DNA of 64,000 nucleotides from NCBI GenBank assembly GCA_021769035.1, contig JAETTP010000004.1, positions 10 to 64,009 of the forward strand, written 5' to 3'. Made by a program: the position numbers and the translations under genes. Every line of letters starts with the position of its first letter. Position 1 is the first letter of the stretch. The DNA comes from Bacillota bacterium. Lineage in GTDB: Bacteria; Bacillota; Dehalobacteriia; UBA4068; UBA4997. Shown here in pieces: positions 58,108-64,000 of the stretch. The notes under the pieces were generated by a model. That model did not search any database and had not been told where the DNA came from. It was given only the letters and a program-made list of their open reading frames with translations.

Positions 58108-59751
58108 TTACCGGCCCGGATTATCCCCAGAAATTGGCGTCGCCCAGTTGTCTTTCCCAAAATCCCAGGTGCACAAAAGGGCCGGCATTAAATGCCCGCC
58201 CTTTTGTTGTAAATCTATTTCATGTACGGTTTGGCCAAAGCTGCCGGCCCAAACGGCCTGGCAACGCAGCACGATGGTGGCCAGTTCCGCCCGCGTTGTG
58301 GCGCCGGCCGGCTCCAGCATATCGGCGGCAACCCCGGTTAAAATCCCCTCAGCCACCGCCCAGCTTACGCCCTCCCGCGCGTAAGGGCTGACGCGGCCCG
58401 CGTCCGCAAATTGCCGCAGGGCCTCCGGGGCCGCCTGCCCGCCGCCAAAGCGGTGCAAGATCACGGCCAGCTGCTCCCGCGTCAGCGGCTTGTCCAGTTC
58501 CGTTGCGTCCGTCAAAATTTGCTGCTGCAAGGCCCAGCCCACCGCCGCGCTGTCCGCTCCGGCCTGGGCGGCCTTGCTGGGCGGCTGCTCCTCCGGCGGC
58601 GGGCTGCCCGCCAGCCGATAAAGCACCGTCGCCAAATCGCGCCTGGTTAGCAAATCGTCCGGCCTAAAACGCCCCTGTTCCGTGGTCATCAGGCCTGCGG
58701 CCACCACCTGGTCCACATCTTCGGCGCACCAGCTGGCCGGCTTAATATCCGTAAACAGGTTCCCCCGGGGCGAATGATACAGGCTGGCCTCCGCCAGCCG
58801 GCTGCGCCCGCCATTCAGGTTGAAAGCGGCAAAGGCCCGCACCGTCGCGTTTTCCGCCAGCTCAAAGGGGCCGTTGTAAACCTGGCTTTGGCCGTCCGGC
58901 CGGCTGCCGTCCAAAGTGTAGTAAATTTGGGCGCCCTCGTCCGCCGCAATGCTGACGATGGGCCGCCCCGCCTGATATTCCACCGCAATCCGCGGCGCGG
59001 CAATGCCCGGCAAGGTTTTGCCCTGGTTGTAGGCGTTGGAATAACGGCTGCCGTCGGCCGGCGTAACGCCGCGGCGGCGCAAAAGCTCGCTGACCGTCAC
59101 CAGCTCATAGCCCTGCTCCCGCAGATAATCAATGCCGCGCAGCGCACCCTCCACCGTGGTTGGGTACAAATCATGCATTAAAATAATGCTGCCGTCCCTG
59201 GTATCATTGACAATATGCTGATAAACCGCGTCCGCCCGGCGCGTTTTCCAATCCAACGTGTCCACCGACCACAAAATCACCGGCGTGCCGCTGGCCGCCA
59301 GTACAGCGGCGTTGTAGCTGCCGTAAGGCGGCCGCAGCATATAGTTGTTTTCCACGCCGATAGCCTGGTTCAAAATATCCCGGGTTCGGCTCAGCTGTTT
59401 TTGCACCTCCTCGGTAGAGAGCTTTACCAAATTGGGGTGGTTATAAGTATGCGAGGCGATCTGGTGCCCCGCCTCGTAGGCCTTTTTGATAACGCCGCCA
59501 TATCTTTCCGCATTGCAGCCCTGCACAAAAAAAGTCACCACCACATCGCGCTTGGCCAGCTCGTCCAGCAGGCCGTTGGTATATTGACCAGGTCCGTCGT
59601 CAAAGGTGACGGCCACCAGTTTGCCGCCGACCGCCGAATCGTCGGCCCAAGCCGCCGCCGCCAAGGCCGCCCAGAGTAGCAGCGTCCAAAACAGTAACAT
59701 CCCTTTTTTCATCATCATTGCTCCCTCACTTATCAGAATCCTTAGCTTCAT
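58108..59751 (-). CDS. Polysaccharide (peptidoglycan) deacetylase with a NodB-homology domain and C-terminal repeat domains
   Basis: Signal peptide, then TFDDGP...H.Y.H NodB motifs, then repeated helical segments that are possibly SLH-like. Confidence 0.8.
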   Translation of the reverse strand: MKLRILISEGAMMMKKGMLLFWTLLLWAALAAAAWADDSAVGGKLVAVTFDDGPGQYTNGLLDELAKRDVVVTFFVQGCNAERYGGVIKKAYEAGHQIASHTYNHPNLVKLSTEEVQKQLSRTRDILNQAIGVENNYMLRPPYGSYNAAVLAASGTPVILWSVDTLDWKTRRADAVYQHIVNDTRDGSIILMHDLYPTTVEGALRGIDYLREQGYELVTVSELLRRRGVTPADGSRYSNAYNQGKTLPGIAAPRIAVEYQAGRPIVSIAADEGAQIYYTLDGSRPDGQSQVYNGPFELAENATVRAFAAFNLNGGRSRLAEASLYHSPRGNLFTDIKPASWCAEDVDQVVAAGLMTTEQGRFRPDDLLTRRDLATVLYRLAGSPPPEEQPPSKAAQAGADSAAVGWALQQQILTDATELDKPLTREQLAVILHRFGGGQAAPEALRQFADAGRVSPYAREGVSWAVAEGILTGVAADMLEPAGATTRAELATIVLRCQAVWAGSFGQTVHEIDLQQKGGHLMPALLCTWDFGKDNWATPISGDNPGR

Positions 59752-61078
59752 CTAAAACCTCATCTGAAACCTCATCTAACACCTCAATGCTCATCAGCCG
59801 CCGGTTGATGGCCCTGGTGCGCACGCCCACCAGCTTGTCCAGCTCGTCGTCGGCCTGGCGCAGCCGTTTACGCACCGCGTCCAGCACGCTCCCAAAATTC
59901 TCAAATTCCTTTTTGGCCGCTTCCAAAATCTGCCAAACCTCGCCGCTCTTCTGCTGAATAGCCAAAGTGCGGAAGCCCATTTGCAGGCTGTTCAACATCG
60001 CCGCCATTGTGGAGGGCCCGGCTACACTCACCTTAAAGCTGCGCTGCAAATTTTCCAGCAGCCCCAGATTAACCACCTCCGCGTAAAGGCCCTCGCAGGG
60101 GAGGAACATAATCGCAAAGTCCGTGGTATAGGGCGGCGCGATATATTTGTCCGCAATGCTTTTGGCGCATTTTTTCACGGCCGCCTCCAGAGCGGCCCGC
60201 CGCTCTTTCAGCTCCGCCGCGTCGCCGCTTTCGTAGGCCGTCAGCAGATTGGCGTAGACGTCCGCCGGAAATTTGGCGTCAATCGGCAGATAAACCTGCT
60301 CGCCCGGCTGCCGGCCTGGCAGACGCACCGCAAAATCCACCCGCTCCGCGCCGTCCGGGGTCAGCCGCAGCTGCTCGCCGTACTGCTCCGGGGCCAGAAG
60401 CTCCTGCAAAATGGCCCCCAGCTGAATTTCGCCCAAAGTGCCGCGGGTTTTCACATTAGCCAGCACGTTTTTCAAATCCGCAACCCCGGCCGCCACACTT
60501 TTCATCTCGCCCAGGCCGGCGTAAACCTCGGCCAGCCGTTGGTTGACCGCCTCAAAGGATTGGGAAATCCGCGCTTCCAGCGTTTTTTGCAGCTTTTCAT
60601 TCACCGTTTCATTGATACGGTCCAAACTGGCCTGATTATCCCGGCGCAGCCTGTCCAGATGTTCGGCGTTGCTTTTTTGGATACTCTCCAACATTTGCAC
60701 AATACTAACCTGAATCCGATCAAAATTGCCGGAAAGACCCGCCAAGTGCTCCGCCACGGCCCGGCGCTGCTTTTCCTGCTCGTCGCGCAGGCCGCCGCCC
60801 AGCTGCGCCACCGCATTGACGGCGGCCTCCTGCTGCCGGGCCGCCTGCTGGGTAAACAAATTGCCCTGGCGGGTTGTCGTTTGCTCCAAAAGCTCCAGCT
60901 GCCGGCGTAGCTCCGCCAGTTCCCGCCCCAGCTGCCCACCGGCCGTAGGCCGCAGGCTCCGCCAGAGCAGCAACAGCAGCAAAAGCACTATCAACAGGCA
61001 GCAGCCTAAAATTATATTTTCCAATCCTCTAAACACCAGCCTATTATCATCTCTGCCAACTTTTGGCTTTTCTACCAT
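59726..61078 (-). CDS. rmuC: DNA recombination protein RmuC
   Basis: N-terminal TM helix and coiled-coil, plus the RmuC C-terminal nuclease-like domain. Confidence 0.8.
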   Translation of the reverse strand: MVEKPKVGRDDNRLVFRGLENIILGCCLLIVLLLLLLLWRSLRPTAGGQLGRELAELRRQLELLEQTTTRQGNLFTQQAARQQEAAVNAVAQLGGGLRDEQEKQRRAVAEHLAGLSGNFDRIQVSIVQMLESIQKSNAEHLDRLRRDNQASLDRINETVNEKLQKTLEARISQSFEAVNQRLAEVYAGLGEMKSVAAGVADLKNVLANVKTRGTLGEIQLGAILQELLAPEQYGEQLRLTPDGAERVDFAVRLPGRQPGEQVYLPIDAKFPADVYANLLTAYESGDAAELKERRAALEAAVKKCAKSIADKYIAPPYTTDFAIMFLPCEGLYAEVVNLGLLENLQRSFKVSVAGPSTMAAMLNSLQMGFRTLAIQQKSGEVWQILEAAKKEFENFGSVLDAVRKRLRQADDELDKLVGVRTRAINRRLMSIEVLDEVSDEVLDEAKDSDK

Positions 61079-61101
61079 TTTAATATTTTAACAGCGTTTA
61101 G

Positions 61102-61743
61102 TCAAGCCCTTTCCGGCAAACTGCTGCGCAAAAGCTGAATTAAAGCGGCCGGCTCCGGGCAGGTCATCAGGCTGCTCATCAAGCAGGCCCCAGCCGCCCC
61201 GGCCGCCTGCACCTGCGCCAGATTGGCCGCCGCTATGCCGCCGATAGCCCAAACCGGCACCTGCGCCGCCGCGCAGATTTGCTGCAAAAAAAACAAGCCG
61301 CGCCCCGGTTGGCCCTGCTTGCAAGCCGTGGCAAAAATATGCCCCGCCGTGATATAGCTGCAACCCAAACGCTGGGCCGCCTGCAAATCCGCCAGGCTGT
61401 GGCAGGAAGCGCCCAGGCAGGCAAAGCGCCGCCGCTCCGCCTCGCTCAGCCGGGCCAGCTGGGGCAAAGGCAGGTGCAAGGCAGGCGCGCCCAGCTCCGC
61501 CGCCTGCCGGGCAAAGCCGTGCAGCAGGCAGGGCACGCCATATTCCCCACAAATCGCCTGCGCCTGCTCGGCTAAACGCCGGTAGGCCGCCGCCGGCAAA
61601 TCCTTTTCCCGCAGGATAATCGCATCCGGCCCGGCGGCCGCAATTTTCGCCAGGCGCAGACTGAAATCCTCCCGGCAAAGCCGGCGGTTGGTGACGCAAA
61701 TCAGCTTAAACGTATTAGAATTAAACATATTGGGCTTAAACAT
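61102..61743 (-). CDS. thiE: Thiamine-phosphate synthase
   Basis: TIM-barrel ThiE pattern (ICVTNR...ILREKDL...AIGGI). Confidence 0.85.
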   Translation of the reverse strand: MFKPNMFNSNTFKLICVTNRRLCREDFSLRLAKIAAAGPDAIILREKDLPAAAYRRLAEQAQAICGEYGVPCLLHGFARQAAELGAPALHLPLPQLARLSEAERRRFACLGASCHSLADLQAAQRLGCSYITAGHIFATACKQGQPGRGLFFLQQICAAAQVPVWAIGGIAAANLAQVQAAGAAGACLMSSLMTCPEPAALIQLLRSSLPERA

Positions 61744-62950
61744 AGAGGTAATCGTTCAGCACCGGCTGCAAACCGGCGGCCGCCATATCGGCGTACATCT
61801 GCGGCAAACTGCGAGAATCGTCAATAGAAAACTGCTCATCGCCGGCCAAAGCGTCAGCCGAAGCGGCCTCCTGCTGATATTTTTGGGCGTGGTCGCCCAC
61901 GCCGGTGGAAACGCCGGCCGAAATTTTGGTGGCGGCCAGCTTCACAATACCGTTGCGGAAAGCCTCGCTCTCCCGCGAGGACACCGTAATCCCCACATAA
62001 GGCAGAAAAATGCGATAAGCGCAGAGGATTTGGCAAAGCTGCCGTTCGCTCAGGGCCGGCGGCGGCATAGCGGCCCCGTCGCTGATAGGCCGCAGCCGCG
62101 GGCAGGAAAGGGAAAATTCCGCCTGCGGATACTGCCGCTGCAAATAGTACGCGTGCAGGGCGCTGGCCAAAGCGTCGCGCCGGAAATCGGCCAGCCCCAG
62201 CAGGGCGGAGCAGGCCACGCCGCGCATACCGGCCCGCAGCGCCCGCTCCTGCGCCGCAAAGCGATAGGGCCAAACCCGCTTGGGCCCCCGCAAATGCAGC
62301 TGCGCGTAAGCCTCCTGGTCGTAGGTTTCCTGAAAGACCGTCACATAGTCCGCGCCGCACTCGTGCAGATAGCGGTACTCGTCCGTGTTCAGCGGATAAA
62401 CCTCCAGCCCCACCAGCCGGAAATATTGGCGGGCCAGCCGGCAGGCCTCGCCGATATAGGAAACATCGCTCATCTGGCGGCTTTCGCCCGTCAGCAGCAA
62501 AATCTCCTCCATACCGGAGGCCGCAATCACCTGCATTTCCTGCTCAATCTGCCGGGGAGAAAGCCGCAGCCGCTTAATCTGGTTATGGCAGTTAAAGCCG
62601 CAGTACACACAGTAGTTTTCGCAGTAATTGGCAATGTAAAGCGGCGTGAAAAGATAAACCGTGTTGCCAAAGTGGCGGGCGGTTTCCTGGCGGGCCCGCG
62701 CGGCCATTTGCTCCAAAAAGGGCTCCGCTGCCGGCGAAAGCAGCGCCTTAAAAGACTCAATATCACAGTGTGGTCGGGCCAGAGCTGCCTGCACCGCCGC
62801 CGCGTTGTAAGCATTGTAGGCCGCGGAATCGTAGGCCTGCCATTGGCTCATCACCTGCCGGCAAACGTCTGATTCCAGCTGCTCCATACCCGGCAGATAA
62901 GTCATTACATCAGCCGGAGGGGCAGAATTTTGTTGCATATTTGACATCAT
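61736..62950 (-). CDS. thiH: 2-iminoacetate synthase (radical SAM)
   Basis: CENYCVYCGF radical SAM motif within thiGHE synteny. Confidence 0.9.
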   Translation of the reverse strand: MMSNMQQNSAPPADVMTYLPGMEQLESDVCRQVMSQWQAYDSAAYNAYNAAAVQAALARPHCDIESFKALLSPAAEPFLEQMAARARQETARHFGNTVYLFTPLYIANYCENYCVYCGFNCHNQIKRLRLSPRQIEQEMQVIAASGMEEILLLTGESRQMSDVSYIGEACRLARQYFRLVGLEVYPLNTDEYRYLHECGADYVTVFQETYDQEAYAQLHLRGPKRVWPYRFAAQERALRAGMRGVACSALLGLADFRRDALASALHAYYLQRQYPQAEFSLSCPRLRPISDGAAMPPPALSERQLCQILCAYRIFLPYVGITVSSRESEAFRNGIVKLAATKISAGVSTGVGDHAQKYQQEAASADALAGDEQFSIDDSRSLPQMYADMAAAGLQPVLNDYLYV

Positions 62951-62964
62951 ATCACCTCAATCCC

Positions 62965-63774
62965 TTAATCCCGCAAAAAACCGGTCAAAGGGTCGGAGGC
63001 CGCCGCGCCCCGGCTCAGCACCCGGCCCAATCCGGCCAGATAAGCCTTGCGCCCGGCCTCAATCGCCTGGCGAAAAGCCTGCGCCATCAGCGGCAAATCC
63101 CCGGCCGTCGCCAAAGCGGTGTTGGCCATAATCGCCGCCGCCCCCATTTCCATCGCCTCGCAAGCCTGCGAGGGCCGGCCAATGCCCGCGTCCACGATAA
63201 TCGGCAGGTCAATCTCATCAATCAAAATCTGGATAAAATCGCGAGTGGTCAGCCCCTTGTTGGAGCCAATCGGCGCCGCCAGCGGCATAACCGCCGCCGC
63301 ACCGGCCGCCTGCAAATCCCGCGCGGTATTCAAATCAGGATACATATAGGGCAGCGGCACAAAACCCTCCGCGGCCAAAAGCGCGGTGGCCCGCACCGTT
63401 TCCGGGTTATCCGGCAGCAGATACTTGCTGTCGCGCATAATTTCAATTTTCACCAAATCGCCGCAGCCCAACTCCCGCGCCAGGCGAGCAATGCGCACCG
63501 CCTCCTCCGCGTTGCGTGCGCCGGAAGTGTTGGGCAGCAGAGTGACGCCCGGCGGAATATGCGCCAGAATATTTTCTTGCTCCCGGCTGTTGGCCCGGCG
63601 CACCGCCAATGTAATCAGCTGAGCCCCGGCCTCCTGCACCGCCGCCTCAATCAAAGCCATTGAATACTTGCCCGAACCCAAAATAAAGCGAGAGGTGAAC
63701 TCCCGCCCGCCAATAATCAGCTTATCCTCAGCCATTTTGTTAATCGGCATAAAAATCCCTTCCTTATTATACAA
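62965..63774 (-). CDS. thiG: Thiazole synthase
   Basis: [19 protein letters not shown]...DAGIG pattern. Confidence 0.9.
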   Translation of the reverse strand: MYNKEGIFMPINKMAEDKLIIGGREFTSRFILGSGKYSMALIEAAVQEAGAQLITLAVRRANSREQENILAHIPPGVTLLPNTSGARNAEEAVRIARLARELGCGDLVKIEIMRDSKYLLPDNPETVRATALLAAEGFVPLPYMYPDLNTARDLQAAGAAAVMPLAAPIGSNKGLTTRDFIQILIDEIDLPIIVDAGIGRPSQACEAMEMGAAAIMANTALATAGDLPLMAQAFRQAIEAGRKAYLAGLGRVLSRGAAASDPLTGFLRD

Positions 63775-63781
63775 AATGTAA

Positions 63782-64000
63782 TCACTCCACGGTTTCCCCA
63801 GTGAGAATTTGCAGAACCGCCTGAGCTTGGTGTGCAGCGCAGACCATCACCCGCGCCGCGGTGAGCGAGCCCTCCGCCGCCACATCGCTGCGGCCGTCCC
63901 CGCAGAGGTAAAAATGCTCCGTTATTTTGCGGGTGCGAATAGTGTTGGCCGAACCCCAGCCGGCCATACCGGAAGCCGCCACCAGATACTTGTCCGGCAT
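63782..64000 (-). CDS. thiF: ThiF/MoeB-family E1-like adenylyltransferase, C-terminal fragment (gene continues beyond the window end)
   Basis: The C-terminal region aligns with the ThiF segment ...SAVGFGG...C.RC...GV.GP..G..G.LQA.EA.K.L.G. It is the gene immediately upstream of thiG. Confidence 0.6.
   Translation of the reverse strand: MPDKYLVAASGMAGWGSANTIRTRKITEHFYLCGDGRSDVAAEGSLTAARVMVCAAHQAQAVLQILTGETVE

Noticed and set aside
59981-60910. 309 aa plus-strand ORF opposite rmuC
   Set aside because: Antisense to a well-supported RmuC gene, with an Arg/Gln/Leu-rich translation typical of GC-rich mirror frames.

Overview
This 64 kb window is high-GC chromosomal DNA (about 58-62% GC) with several sharply AT-rich islets, from a spore-forming Firmicutes/Clostridia-type bacterium. 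The call rests on the spoIIGA-sigE-sigG cluster, a small acid-soluble spore protein (SASP)-like gene, a cell-wall amidase and the pth-mfd-prsA run. Most of the window is core housekeeping DNA: feoAB iron uptake, a complete arginine biosynthesis block (argC-argJ-argB-argD-argF, a hypothetical gene, then argG), coaD, uracil-DNA glycosylase, the sporulation sigma cluster, pth-mfd-prsA, a two-component system, thiE-thiH-thiG-thiF and rmuC. All of it is syntenic and ordinary. The window opens inside the 3-prime end of a tyrosine integrase that abuts a tRNA-Val, so a genomic island lies just left of the window. Three regions stand out.

(1) A roughly 2 kb AT-rich islet sits immediately downstream of a tRNA-His/Gln/Leu/Ala cluster. 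It carries two translationally coupled genes: an ABC-type (RecF/SbcC-like, AAA_21-type) ATPase and a small protein with a TOPRIM-like Glu...DxD signature (DUF4276-like). This architecture matches split OLD-family and PARIS-like antiphage systems and is the best candidate for a defense module.

(2) A ten-gene minus-strand operon encodes a membrane-anchored XRE regulator (BcrR-like), a HlyD-type adaptor, one ABC ATPase and seven tandem paralogous FtsX/MacB-type permease genes. The permease copies differ strongly in nucleotide composition, yet share about 70 nt junctions that are identical at the DNA level. That pattern implies cassette acquisition followed by gene conversion, and suggests one ATPase and adaptor serving several interchangeable permeases.

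(3) Several smaller oddities are described in the findings:
- a BlaI/BlaR1-like signalling module with tandem dyad operators, divergent from feoAB;
- a FIST-sensor gene overlapping a soluble MCP-like gene;
- an orphan radical SAM homolog whose CxxxCxxC cluster motif has been lost;
- a TPR-like gene of unknown function inserted into the arg operon;
- a 38-bp perfect palindrome overlapping a promoter.

All family assignments come from reading motifs in the supplied translations. No database search was possible.
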